From: Chthoniobacteraceae bacterium
GTDB taxonomy: Bacteria; Verrucomicrobiota; Verrucomicrobiia; Chthoniobacterales; Chthoniobacteraceae
DNA: 64,000 nucleotides
NCBI GenBank assembly: GCA_037190965.1
Contig: JBBCKI010000029.1
Location: 96,001-160,000, forward strand
Direction of reading: 5' to 3'
A program made the position numbers and the translations under genes. Within the stretch, counting starts at the first letter, position 1. The number at the start of each line of letters is the position of its first letter. Positions 48,689 to 58,505 of the stretch are shown in pieces. The notes under the pieces are model-generated. The model had not been told where the DNA came from. It searched no databases and saw only the letters and a list, made by a program, of their open reading frames with translations.

Positions 48689-49846
48689 ATGAAGAATATC
48701 GCGATGATAGGCGCCGGTCAGAGACTGCGCGCAGTTGTGAGGGGCGTGCTGGCGGAGAGTCATGGAAACATTCGTGTAGTAGCTGTCCATGATCCCGATC
48801 CTCTCTCCATAGACGCCGCGTGCTCTGAGTTCGGCAGTTCATTGGAACGTTGCGACACCGTTCAGGCACTAATTAGTCGCGAAGATGTCGATTGGGTTTT
48901 CGTCGGCTCCCTCAACTACCAACACGCGCAGCAGAGCATCAACGCTCTTAGAGCCGGGAAAAATGTATTTTGTGAGAAACCGCTGGCGACAGACTTGGAA
49001 GATTGTCGCCGGGTTCGGATGGCGGTGGAGGAAACCGGGCGGGTGTTTGCTTTCGGGCTGGTACTTCGTTACGCACCCCACTATCGGAAGATTTATGAGA
49101 TCGTGCAGTCTGGACGTCTGGGCTATTTGATCTCCCTGGAATTTAACGAAACCCTTTCCTTTAATCATGGCGGATACATTTTTGGGAATTGGCGGCGCTC
49201 TCGCGCGCTTGCAGGCACGCACTTGCTGGAGAAATGCTGCCACGATCTGGATTTGACAAACTGGCTTGTGGGGCGCTTGCCCCTCCGGGCAGCAAGTTTC
49301 GGGGGACGGAATTTTTTCGTGCCCGAGAATGAGCGGCACATCGAACGAATCGGGCCGGATGAACAGGGGCGTCCTGCCTATATGACCTGGCCTGATCCCC
49401 TTCGTGTGAACCCCTTTTCTCCCGGGGCGGACATTCTGGATAATCAGGTCGCTATTATTGAGTACGAGGGAGGGGTTCGTGCGGCGTTCCATACGAATTG
49501 CAATTCCGGCATCCCCGAGCGGCGGTTTTACTTATGCGGCTCGGAGGGATGCCTGCGTGCGGATGCCTATTCCGGGATCATCGAAGTGGGGCGCATCGGC
49601 CACGCCATGGAGGTCGAGCGCATTCCGACTGGATCGACGGATGGGCACGCGCAGAGCGATGAAGTCATGGCGCGAGGATTGGCAAAGACGATTCTGAGCG
49701 ATGCACCTCCCCTGGTATCAGTCGATGAGGGTATCCTCGCGTGTGCCACGGCTTGGGGAATAGATATGGCTCACGAGAACTGCCAGGTGACGGATTACAA
49801 ACCGTTCTGGCAGATGCTCTTTCCTGAAGGACGAAAGAGTGTCTGA
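48689..49846 (+). CDS. Gfo/Idh/MocA-family oxidoreductase
   Basis: IAMIGAGQR, GKNVFCEKPLA, LRYAP, LLEKCCHDLD. Confidence 0.95.
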   Translation: MKNIAMIGAGQRLRAVVRGVLAESHGNIRVVAVHDPDPLSIDAACSEFGSSLERCDTVQALISREDVDWVFVGSLNYQHAQQSINALRAGKNVFCEKPLATDLEDCRRVRMAVEETGRVFAFGLVLRYAPHYRKIYEIVQSGRLGYLISLEFNETLSFNHGGYIFGNWRRSRALAGTHLLEKCCHDLDLTNWLVGRLPLRAASFGGRNFFVPENERHIERIGPDEQGRPAYMTWPDPLRVNPFSPGADILDNQVAIIEYEGGVRAAFHTNCNSGIPERRFYLCGSEGCLRADAYSGIIEVGRIGHAMEVERIPTGSTDGHAQSDEVMARGLAKTILSDAPPLVSVDEGILACATAWGIDMAHENCQVTDYKPFWQMLFPEGRKSV

Positions 49847-49864
49847 ACGTTGTCGCGAAAGATC

Positions 49865-49894
49865 TTGACCTGGATATAGATTCGTATCTATGAT
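49865..49894 (+). promoter_or_regulatory. Promoter of the Verru_Chthon cassette containing LacI-type operator copy 3 (TATAGATTCGTATCTA, 49875-49890)
   Basis: TTGACC (49865-49870), 18 nt, TATGAT (49889-49894); the palindrome lies in the spacer and overlaps the -10 box. Confidence 0.75.
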
Positions 49895-49981
49895 CTCCCC
49901 AAAGATCAGCCCGTGCAGGAGGAACGGGAAGTGACATATTGCGGCAAACAGATCAAAGGTAGTGTTTTGTCAATCGAACCT

Positions 49982-51079
49982 ATGTTCTCCGGAATTCGCG
50001 GAAGGTGGCGGGCGAGCGTCATAAGCGTTCGGAGAAGCCACATCGCAAGCTCATTGGCTTGCGGGACTGCATGGGGCTGCCCCGGCGGCTGCTGCCGCAA
50101 GGTCAGCCGGGGATTTTCCCTCCTGGAAGTGCTGGTTACTTGCACGATCCTTTCAATGATTGGAGCGCTTACGTTTGCCATCGTCAACCAGGCGAGTGCC
50201 GTATGGATGCGCAGTCGAGCATCGTTGGTTGCTTTCGAAGGAGCTCGGGTCGGCTTCGAGTATCTGACACGCCAGCTGCAACAAGCCACGCTTGGAACCT
50301 ACTGGGATTATGATGATCCGCAGCAGCCCACACGTTATCAACGGCGTTCCGAGCTTCACTTTCTGATGGGAAATGCGGGAACCATCACGGGCGCTGGCAA
50401 TGCTCTGTCGCAGGCTGTGTTCTTTCAGGCCCCGCTCGGATTCACACGCCAGAGAGGGGAGTCGGGAGGTAAAGACTACCGTCCCTTGCGGAGTATCCTG
50501 AGTGCGGTCGGCTTTTATGTCCAGTTCGGTTCCCAGCAGGATTTGCCCCCTTTTCTGAAAGATACTCTTCCCGAGCGATATCGTTTCCGATTGATGTACT
50601 TTCGCGAGCCTTCGGAGAAGCTTTCGCTTTATGCCGAGCGAAATACAGACGGCTCTCCCTCTCCTTCCTGGTTGCGCGGGAATCTGGAGGAGTATTCCTC
50701 GCCGATTGCGGAGAATGTCGTGGCGCTTATTTTTCGCGCCAAGTATCCGAACGGCAGCCAAGGGACGGCGGAATCTTATCAGTATGATTCCGCCTTCAAG
50801 GACGGTTCGGCGACATACAACCAACTGCCGCCGGTTATTACCATCACCATGGTTGTCATCGACGAGGCGAGCGCGGTTCGGCTCCAGGCCTTGAATGGCT
50901 CCAGCCTTCCTGACTTGAAGATAGATAGTCTCTTTTCCGAAAGTGGAGAGATTCCTGATGGGAAATACAAGTCCGACCTCCAGGTTTTGGAAGAGAGATT
51001 GCAACAGTCTTCCATTCCCTTGAACTACCGCATTTTCTCCGCCGATGTTGCCGTACGCGGCGCCAAGTGGAGTCGCTAG
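49982..51079 (+). CDS. vccC: Verru_Chthon cassette protein C (prepilin-like)
   Basis: RG|FSLLEVLV; QATLGTYWDYD, YQRRSELHF, FFQAPLG, GFYVQF, RFRLM, AENVVAL, NQLPP, AKWS. The start codon is uncertain. Confidence 0.9.
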   Translation: MFSGIRGRWRASVISVRRSHIASSLACGTAWGCPGGCCRKVSRGFSLLEVLVTCTILSMIGALTFAIVNQASAVWMRSRASLVAFEGARVGFEYLTRQLQQATLGTYWDYDDPQQPTRYQRRSELHFLMGNAGTITGAGNALSQAVFFQAPLGFTRQRGESGGKDYRPLRSILSAVGFYVQFGSQQDLPPFLKDTLPERYRFRLMYFREPSEKLSLYAERNTDGSPSPSWLRGNLEEYSSPIAENVVALIFRAKYPNGSQGTAESYQYDSAFKDGSATYNQLPPVITITMVVIDEASAVRLQALNGSSLPDLKIDSLFSESGEIPDGKYKSDLQVLEERLQQSSIPLNYRIFSADVAVRGAKWSR

Positions 51080-51108
51080 ATTGCTGAGCCGCTGAGATCA
51101 ATACGAGA

Positions 51109-51540
51109 ATGAAAGCGACAAGATACCACAGATTGAATCGAAGGGCCTTTTCCCTCGTGGAAGTCGTGCTTGCGCTTGGAATTCTCGCCTTCTGCGTGTT
51201 GCCGGTGCTTGGATTGCTGTCTGTCGCCCTGACCGCCACCCGTTCCACCATGGATATCAATCTCAAGACACGGATGCTTCAGACGGCCCGTACCTATTTT
51301 CTCGATCGACCTTTCAGCTCGCTGACGGGCGACACGGTCAATATCTTCTTCGATGCCGAAGGGGCGGAGGTCGGCGATAGCCAGATCGCCCGGTATCGGC
51401 TTGAAGCCCATGTTTCGAAAGACGTCGCTTTGCCGGGCGCCAACCTTCGCAGCCTCAAGCGCCTGGTCCTTTCGATCAATAACAAGGAGACTGGCGAAAC
51501 TTTTATTAATCACTTCCATGTGCCGGACAACGGGTTCTGA
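51109..51540 (+). CDS. vccB: Verru_Chthon cassette protein B (short prepilin-like)
   Basis: RA|FSLVEVVLALGILAFCVLPVLGLL and FFDAEG; 143 aa. Confidence 0.85.
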   Translation: MKATRYHRLNRRAFSLVEVVLALGILAFCVLPVLGLLSVALTATRSTMDINLKTRMLQTARTYFLDRPFSSLTGDTVNIFFDAEGAEVGDSQIARYRLEAHVSKDVALPGANLRSLKRLVLSINNKETGETFINHFHVPDNGF

Positions 51541-52090
51541 AAAGAGCGCATTCACGCTGCTCGAGCTTCTCGTGGTGATGGCGATCGCCGTCGCCATGAT
51601 GGTCTTTTTCGTTGGCGCTCTCTCCGATGTCCTGCGGGCGGGAAGAATTACGCAGGCGGCGCAGACGATTGTCGATGCGATCAACCTGGCACGCGAGACA
51701 GCGGTTGCCCGAAACAACGTCGTCGAAGTCGTATTCAAAAAGGAAGCCCGCGACGGCGTAGCCGATCAGGCATATTTTCAGAGGGTCCTTGGTCGCGTGG
51801 TGGCGAAGGACGGCACCAAGACGGAAATCCTCTGCAGGCATTGGTTGCCGGAAGGAACATTGATCTCCACCGTATCCGGGCTTTCCAGTATGCTGGACGA
51901 GACTTTGGGCGAGGGCATCTTTCGGATTCGTCCCAATGGGGAGCTGGAGACGGTAACAGGCGCGGGTAACCATTGGTTCGTCACGGTGGTTGCTTTCGGA
52001 GACAAGGACCGAAACGCCTCGGCGCTGCGGAATTTCGCGACGATTCAGATCAACCCCTTCACGGCGAGAACCTTCACCCACCGTCCATGA
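51518..52090 (+). CDS. vccD: Verru_Chthon cassette protein D (GspH/FimT-like prepilin)
   Basis: SA|FTLLELLVVMAI, LARETAVARNNVVEV, FRIRPNG, WFVTV, NFATIQINPFTAR...RP. Confidence 0.85.
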   Translation: MCRTTGSEKSAFTLLELLVVMAIAVAMMVFFVGALSDVLRAGRITQAAQTIVDAINLARETAVARNNVVEVVFKKEARDGVADQAYFQRVLGRVVAKDGTKTEILCRHWLPEGTLISTVSGLSSMLDETLGEGIFRIRPNGELETVTGAGNHWFVTVVAFGDKDRNASALRNFATIQINPFTARTFTHRP

Positions 52091-55000
52091 GGACCATGAC
52101 CCCAAAACCACGTGCTTGCAAGCGGAGGGGAGCGGCCCTCTTGATCGTGCTGGCCTGCCTGGTGATTGTCACCGTGTTGGTTGTGCAGTTCCTGCTTATG
52201 GCGCGCAGCGAATTGAAGAGCAGCACAAACTATTCCGCGGAAAGGGAGACAAGGTCGCTGGCGGATCTTGCGGTGAATGTGGTGATGGCACAGGTGCGCG
52301 ATGCCACAACGGACGGGCCTGGCGAAAATGCCTGGGCCAGCCAGCCGGGAGCAATCCGCGTCTGGGACAACGATGGCGATCTCGCGCGGGTGTATAAGCT
52401 ATACTCGGCAAAGGAAATGCAGGCGGAGGACATGAAATTTCTACCCTTCGAAGTTCCCACCGATTGGGCAGCCCGCACCAATGAATATGTGGACATCAAC
52501 GAGCCCGTTCTCCTCCGCGACACAGCGGGCGCAGTGAAGCGGACTGTCTTTCCAATTCTCAATCCCGCATCCTTCGATACGGTCCAGGGATGCACAACTA
52601 CCCGCGCGAACCTGGGCGGAGACTATGATACCCGTGCGGCTATGCCGGTACGCTGGCTTTACGTGCTGCGGGACGGCGCGATCGGTGACAGATCCGAAGC
52701 GACGGCCGATAACCCCATCGTAGGGCGGATTTCATTCTGGACGGATGATGATTCCAGCAAGATCAACATCAATACGGCCTCGGCAACCAAGCTGAATCCA
52801 GCTTTTAATTCCAATATTCCGGATGTTCCAAGCGATAGTTTTTGGGATGTTCCCTACACATATACGTTTCAGGATACGCGACTCGGCTATTTTCCGCCTA
52901 TTGAGGGCGAATACCAACGCTATCCGGGACATCCGGCAAGTGTGAACCTGCTGACGGTGCTGGGGGGTGATCCCTCGCTGACGTTGATCGACATGTTCAA
53001 TCTCACCCCGAGGTATAAATGGGGCGGATCAGAAAATGCGACGATATCGTTCCAAAACACCTCCGGGTTGGCACGGTTGTCCAAGAACGATCGGTTGTAT
53101 ACGAGTAGTGACGAACTACGCTTCAATGCCAGTATGTCTGACGGTCAGAGGCAGGCGAATTTTCTTGGGAATGGCTCGGAATCGGCCACGATGGAAACCC
53201 TGCTGAATCGTTGGCAATTTTTTCTCACGGCCTACAGCAGGAGTCCGGACCTCAATCTCTTCGCTCAGCCGCGCGTATGCATTTGGCCAATCTCCTCCAT
53301 TGATGACGAAAATCATCGAACGATCTACGACAATCTGATGGCTTTTTGCACGACGATTGGAAGCGGCACCGAGAAGAAGCCGTATTACTTCGTGCGCCGG
53401 TATCCTTTGAGCCAGACTGCAGATTGGAATAGTTTCGACCGCAATCGGGAGGTTTTCGACTATCTGTTTGACCTTACTTCCAAGAAGATTCCTGGTTACG
53501 GTGGAAATTTCCTCAATAAATACGATGTGAGGGATGGCGGTGCCTCCGGGGAGTGGCATCAGATCCTCACCGAGATCTTCGACTATATCCGTTGCGTGAA
53601 TCTTAATGAGACGTATGCGAATGTTCCGGCAGACTACACAAGTTACACACCGACGTTGGGACCGGTTCCTCCCTTCCTCAGTTCGAAGAATTTCGATGGG
53701 GCGGGAGTGGTGCTTCCGATAAAAATTGGCAACTCTCGCGGAGCGGGGAGGGTTCCAGTTATGTCGGAGGCCGCCATAACGGTCATCCACAATGGCGGGA
53801 CAACATCGGGGAACCCCATCAATCAACTGCAGAGCGCACTGCTGCTGGAGACATTTTCGCCCATGCTGGGTTTCATGCCTTGGCAGCCGGTGGATTTCCA
53901 GATTGGTGCGAAGTGCACTGCCCTGCTAAAGGAAACGTCGGCTCCCGCCGGAGTGGCGATTTTCCCGGGCGGGGATTCGGCTTTCGTCTATTCTAACGCA
54001 GTCAGCAAAAGCCCTGCAATGCGTTCCTCTCAAAGCGTGGGGGGCACGGATGGATTTTCCTGGTGGATGCCTAGAGCTGGTGAACTGACCAATGATGGCG
54101 GCACGTATCCGTTCTGGCGCGATCGCATCACTGGGTTGCCCGTTTCCACCTCCGAGCTTTCCCTCGTAGCAGGCTCGTTGAGCGTGGAGTTGAAGATGGG
54201 AGGCGTCGCCTATCAGACTTATCAGCTTGATGTTCCGGGGACGGCCTTGCCAATGCCTCAATTTGTGGCCGCTCCAGTCGGGCAGAGCGGCAGAAACCTG
54301 GATTGGAAGAACCGGGGGCTGTTCGGCAATCTATCCGGTTTTCGCGCTGAGGATGTTGTTCGCGGTATCTCGCTACGGGATGGCGATCATCGCATCATGG
54401 CCTATCTCGACGCCGTGCCAGCCAACTTCTTCCGGGAACACCGGGATTACTTCAACGCTAGTATTCGCTTTGCTCATGGCCTGCGGACGAGTATTTCCGG
54501 CGGATACAAAGGAGTCGATTACACCGATGGAACCTCGAACGGGAGATTCATTCAGACCGACTACCTTGCGGCAGATCGTACAACGGATTACATCTTCGAC
54601 ACATTTCGACCCAAAATCGACGCCCGTATTGAGGATCTTCGGGCGGAGGGGTGGACGGGAGACTGGAATACAGGGATGTCCGTGTTCCCCGACGGGGCTT
54701 ACCTCAATAAATCCGACGAAGGAGTCATGGATGGCGGCGCGGCGACCGCCCTGTATACTGACCTCGGCGAGTGGTCGCGGGCGAAGGGATTTTTCTCCCC
54801 TACGCGGCAGATTCCCTCGGCGGCGATGTTCGGATCGCTGCCGACCGGGGTAAAGCGAACCTTGCAGGCGTACGAGGGCGGAGACTATGCCAATGGCAGA
54901 CCTTGGAGGACGCTGCTGTTTTGTCCGAACCCCGACGCCGGAAGCGGGCATTTCGGACTGACATCCCCGCCTGACTACTTGCTGCTGGATTTCTTTCATC

Positions 55001-55710
55001 TTCCGGTGGTGGAGCCATACGCCATCAGCGAACCGTTCTCCACCGCAGGGAGGCTGAATATGAACTGTCAAATCCTCCCGTTTACGGACATCTCACGCAA
55101 GACTGCACTGCACGCTGTATTGGATGGAATGCGTGTCACCACCATTCCCACTGGCGACGGCCTTGTCTACAAGAAGGAAAGTAGCCGGTTAGACAAGACT
55201 TTGAAGTACCGTCCCGCGCTGAATATTCCCGAGACCCTAAAACAATTGGACGATAAATTTGCACCAAACGGGGATGCGGCCCAAGGGGATCTATTCAAAA
55301 GCGCGGCGGAGATTTGCAGTATCTTTCTCATTCCCAAGGATGTCGCGGGAAGCCCGACGTCGGATAACATTGCGAGTTGGTGGAGCGGTTACCGTCTGAC
55401 TGGGGATAACGTGCGGGAAAAGCCCTATGCGACGCTCTATCCTCTGCTGACGACAAAATCGAACACCTACACCGTACACGTGCGTGTCCAGGCGCTGAAG
55501 AAGGTTCCAGGGACGCCCCCGGCAGACTTCGAGGAAGGCCGGGACAAGGTCCTGGGCGAGTATCGCGGCAGCTTCTCCATTGAACGCTATCTGGATCCCA
55601 ACGATGAGCGGTTGCCGGGAGGCGCACAAGCATCGATCGATCCTGACACTCAGTCGCTGGAATCCGTCTATCGCTTCCGATTCTTGGAAACCAAAGAGTT
55701 TTCTCCGTGA
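52087..55710 (+). CDS. vccA: Verru_Chthon cassette protein A (about 1200 aa)
   Basis: RG|AALLIVL leader; WASQPG, YKLYS, MPVRWLYVLRDG, GRISFWTDDDSSKININTA, EYQRYPGHPA, FGSLPTG, PWRTLLF, VVEPYAISEPFSTAGRLNMN, TGDNVREKPY, EYRGS..IERY. ATGA-coupled to vccD. Confidence 0.93.
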   Translation: MRTMTPKPRACKRRGAALLIVLACLVIVTVLVVQFLLMARSELKSSTNYSAERETRSLADLAVNVVMAQVRDATTDGPGENAWASQPGAIRVWDNDGDLARVYKLYSAKEMQAEDMKFLPFEVPTDWAARTNEYVDINEPVLLRDTAGAVKRTVFPILNPASFDTVQGCTTTRANLGGDYDTRAAMPVRWLYVLRDGAIGDRSEATADNPIVGRISFWTDDDSSKININTASATKLNPAFNSNIPDVPSDSFWDVPYTYTFQDTRLGYFPPIEGEYQRYPGHPASVNLLTVLGGDPSLTLIDMFNLTPRYKWGGSENATISFQNTSGLARLSKNDRLYTSSDELRFNASMSDGQRQANFLGNGSESATMETLLNRWQFFLTAYSRSPDLNLFAQPRVCIWPISSIDDENHRTIYDNLMAFCTTIGSGTEKKPYYFVRRYPLSQTADWNSFDRNREVFDYLFDLTSKKIPGYGGNFLNKYDVRDGGASGEWHQILTEIFDYIRCVNLNETYANVPADYTSYTPTLGPVPPFLSSKNFDGAGVVLPIKIGNSRGAGRVPVMSEAAITVIHNGGTTSGNPINQLQSALLLETFSPMLGFMPWQPVDFQIGAKCTALLKETSAPAGVAIFPGGDSAFVYSNAVSKSPAMRSSQSVGGTDGFSWWMPRAGELTNDGGTYPFWRDRITGLPVSTSELSLVAGSLSVELKMGGVAYQTYQLDVPGTALPMPQFVAAPVGQSGRNLDWKNRGLFGNLSGFRAEDVVRGISLRDGDHRIMAYLDAVPANFFREHRDYFNASIRFAHGLRTSISGGYKGVDYTDGTSNGRFIQTDYLAADRTTDYIFDTFRPKIDARIEDLRAEGWTGDWNTGMSVFPDGAYLNKSDEGVMDGGAATALYTDLGEWSRAKGFFSPTRQIPSAAMFGSLPTGVKRTLQAYEGGDYANGRPWRTLLFCPNPDAGSGHFGLTSPPDYLLLDFFHLPVVEPYAISEPFSTAGRLNMNCQILPFTDISRKTALHAVLDGMRVTTIPTGDGLVYKKESSRLDKTLKYRPALNIPETLKQLDDKFAPNGDAAQGDLFKSAAEICSIFLIPKDVAGSPTSDNIASWWSGYRLTGDNVREKPYATLYPLLTTKSNTYTVHVRVQALKKVPGTPPADFEEGRDKVLGEYRGSFSIERYLDPNDERLPGGAQASIDPDTQSLESVYRFRFLETKEFSP

Positions 55711-55754
55711 GATTGAGACTTAATCACCATATTTTCTAATCGCCTAAAACTGTC

Positions 55755-57269
55755 ATGGAACCCCCTCAAGCTGCTTTGATCGACAATCGGTCTCACATCG
55801 AGTCTGCATTTAATGTTGGCTGCCACGCCCAACTCTTCATCGATTCCCGGCTTATTGCTGAGACTCATAATATTGTATCCACCCTTCATGTGGGAAAGAA
55901 GCACGAGGCCAACCCGCTTGTGTCGGTCGACAGACCTTGGGAGGGCTGGCGGGTTCAAATGGGAGGCGATGTGCTTTTCGACGAAGAGGAAGGCATTTTC
56001 AAGATGTGGTACATGGCGGATGGGGAGGGCTTCTTTCGTCCACTCTGCCCGACGATGTATGCAACGAGCAAGGATGGCATTCACTGGGAAAAGCCGCTGG
56101 TTGGGACGATCAAAGGGCTCAAGGACATGCCGCACAATGCGGTGGTTACGGTACATTCCGTTAGCGTGATCAAAGACCGGCGGGAGAGCGATCCCAAGAA
56201 ACGCTACAAAATGACCGCGATCGTCAAGGAGCAGGAATTTCGCGGCTCGCTCTTCGGCTATCGTACCTTGGTTTCGCCGGATGGATTGCACTGGGAATAT
56301 TATGGATACAATCCCATTGCCCCGGGCAGCGATGTCATCACGGGATTTCATTACAACCAAAGGCTTGGTTGCTATGCGGCAATCATGCGTATCCTGACGC
56401 CCTTGCGTGGGTTTGATCGGAGGGTCTTTTACCTGATCAAAAGTGACGACTTTCTAAATTGGTCAAAGCCGAAAGTCATCTTCGAGCCGGACAAGACCGA
56501 CGATGCGGGAACGCTAATGCGATTGGCTAAGGTTCGCCCCCTGCTTTCAGCGGACGATGATCCCGCCCTGATGCGTACCGAGATTTATGGGGTAGGGGTA
56601 TATGAGGCCGAAAGTTGTACGATTGGTTTTCCCTGGATCTTTTCCATCAATAACAAAGCTCCTGCCTCTGTTCACGGGAACCAGGAAGGTCCCTGCGATA
56701 TTCAACTGGCGGTTTCGCGTGACCTCGAGCATTGGGAGAGACCATTCCGGACGCCGATTTTGCCCTTGGGAAACATTGATGAATGGGACAGCGGATTTCT
56801 GATCACCCAGTCCAATGCCTTTCGCGTAGGAGATGAAGTTCGCCTGTATTACTCCGGATGGAATTTTACTCACGGAGCGCCGTGCTGTTACGTGCGGGAA
56901 GGGACCGGTCGCGGGTTGCGTTATAAGTCCCAGATAGGCCTGATTACATGGAAGCTTGATCGATTCGTTTCGCTGGATGGCCCATCCGACGGTGGCACGG
57001 CGACGACCATTCCAGTTATTTTTTCCGGACGCCGTTTGGAAATTAACGCTGATGTGGCGCCGGGAGGGACGTTGCGGGTGGAACTTCTCGATGGATCAGG
57101 AAGGCCGCTTCCGGGTTGGTCATTGTCCGATCCGTGCACGGGTGATCATATAAGGAGCACAGTTCTTTGGGGAGGCAAGGAGGACCTTTCGAAGTGGAGA
57201 GGCCATGTGGCATCTCTGCGGTTTCATCTTAACTCCGCGAAATTATTCTCCTTCGCGTTTCGCGAGTAG
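55755..57269 (+). CDS. Five-bladed beta-propeller glycosidase-like protein (GH32/GH43/GH130-like fold)
   Basis: QLFID, FKMWY, repeated boxes YATSKDGIHWEKP, SPDGLHW, SDDFLNWS, SRDLEHWER; RLYYSG; C-terminal beta-sandwich. Confidence 0.75.
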   Translation: MEPPQAALIDNRSHIESAFNVGCHAQLFIDSRLIAETHNIVSTLHVGKKHEANPLVSVDRPWEGWRVQMGGDVLFDEEEGIFKMWYMADGEGFFRPLCPTMYATSKDGIHWEKPLVGTIKGLKDMPHNAVVTVHSVSVIKDRRESDPKKRYKMTAIVKEQEFRGSLFGYRTLVSPDGLHWEYYGYNPIAPGSDVITGFHYNQRLGCYAAIMRILTPLRGFDRRVFYLIKSDDFLNWSKPKVIFEPDKTDDAGTLMRLAKVRPLLSADDDPALMRTEIYGVGVYEAESCTIGFPWIFSINNKAPASVHGNQEGPCDIQLAVSRDLEHWERPFRTPILPLGNIDEWDSGFLITQSNAFRVGDEVRLYYSGWNFTHGAPCCYVREGTGRGLRYKSQIGLITWKLDRFVSLDGPSDGGTATTIPVIFSGRRLEINADVAPGGTLRVELLDGSGRPLPGWSLSDPCTGDHIRSTVLWGGKEDLSKWRGHVASLRFHLNSAKLFSFAFRE

Positions 57270-57353
57270 GCGCATATTCCGAAACGCCGGGGAAGGCAGT
57301 CCAGGAATAGCCTCGGTTTGTTGCTGATGGCTTGCTTGGACGTATCGGCTTGC

Positions 57354-57382
57354 GGCAGGCATGGAGCCATGCCTGTCCATTT
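57354..57382 (+). terminator. GC-rich hairpin downstream of the cassette operon, possible terminator
   Basis: CAGGCATGG-AG-CCATGCCTG (57356-57375) followed by only a short T run. Confidence 0.3.
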
Positions 57383-57831
57383 TCGCGTGGCGAAGTGCTG
57401 CTGGGAGAGCGTATTGATCTCTGGTTTCAGCCCGTCTTTCTGACCGACGATCCGGACCTCGGGGCCGGGCGGGAGGAAACAATGGATCGGCCACCGCTCA
57501 AGAGGAACGGTGGAAGCGCGGCGGGCTTTGTATTGCCGAGGCAAACAGTGTTGCTTGCCTCATCAACTTTTACGGACCGCCTTCTTTCGCGGCTGTTTTT
57601 GGCTGACTTCTTTTGAACGACTCAATGAAGTGGAATCACGCACCATTCTGGCGGAGGCGATGCTGCGGAAGTATTTTCAAAGAGGGATGTCACCCACGCT
57701 CGTTGCCATGGTACCGCCTATGATATTGCACCTGTGATGATGGGACGTGAACTGGCGGCCTCGGGGATCACCCCACCGCTATGTGGAAGTGCCAGGGTTG
57801 GTAAGGCGATGAAGAGAGGGTGCGCGGTTCC

Positions 57832-58392
57832 TTAAAGCAATTCTGGCCGAAACAAAGATTTCCGGCTGATGGTTTTGCCCGAGATCATGAACTCGCCGTT
57901 GCCCATATAGTGGATCGTTTCCGGATTCTTGGGTGACGAGGCAACCTGGGCTTTAACGACTTCGAAAATGAAGAAGTTGTAGTTGTCAACCAGGCGGTCG
58001 TCGTGCAATCGGCATTCGAAATTGGCGTGACATTCCTGAATGAGCGGCGCAGTTACCTCCCTCGCCTCGCCGGGTGTGAGGCCGAATTCTGCGAACTTAT
58101 CGATCTCCTCGCCAGTGCAGTTCCCGATGCGCACGACCGTATCAACGAGTTTGGTGGTAGGCAAATTGATGACGCACTCGCGGCTCTGGCGGATCATTTC
58201 GAAGCTATGGTTCCCCGCCGCGATCACACAACCCACAAGCGAGGGAGTAAACTCCATAACCGTATGCCAGCCCATGGTCATGATATTGGCCGTCCCTTGC
58301 CATTGCGACGATACCAGCACAATCGGGCCAGGTTCCAGATAATGGCGGATTCGGCTGACCGGGAAGTCCTTCTTTCTCGAAATGCTGGCCAT
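57832..58392 (-). CDS. Flavin reductase-family protein (DIM6/NTAB-like)
   Basis: LEPGPIVLVSS, NIMTMGWH, ECVINLP, GNCTG..IDKF, APLIQECHANFEC. GGAGGA lies 7 nt before the ATG at 58392. Confidence 0.92.
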   Translation of the reverse strand: MASISRKKDFPVSRIRHYLEPGPIVLVSSQWQGTANIMTMGWHTVMEFTPSLVGCVIAAGNHSFEMIRQSRECVINLPTTKLVDTVVRIGNCTGEEIDKFAEFGLTPGEAREVTAPLIQECHANFECRLHDDRLVDNYNFFIFEVVKAQVASSPKNPETIHYMGNGEFMISGKTISRKSLFRPELL

Positions 58393-58505
58393 CGTCATGT
58401 CCTCCAATGAGTATTCGGCGAGCAGTACCGCGATGCGCCCATTCTAAAATTGGACGGCTGGGTTCACTTTTATCCCGAGTCAGATTGTCCATGATAGTCA
58501 CATCG

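Noticed and set aside
57270..57831. Short ORFs on both strands between the propeller gene and the flavin reductase
   Set aside because: No motifs and mutually overlapping; treated as non-coding.
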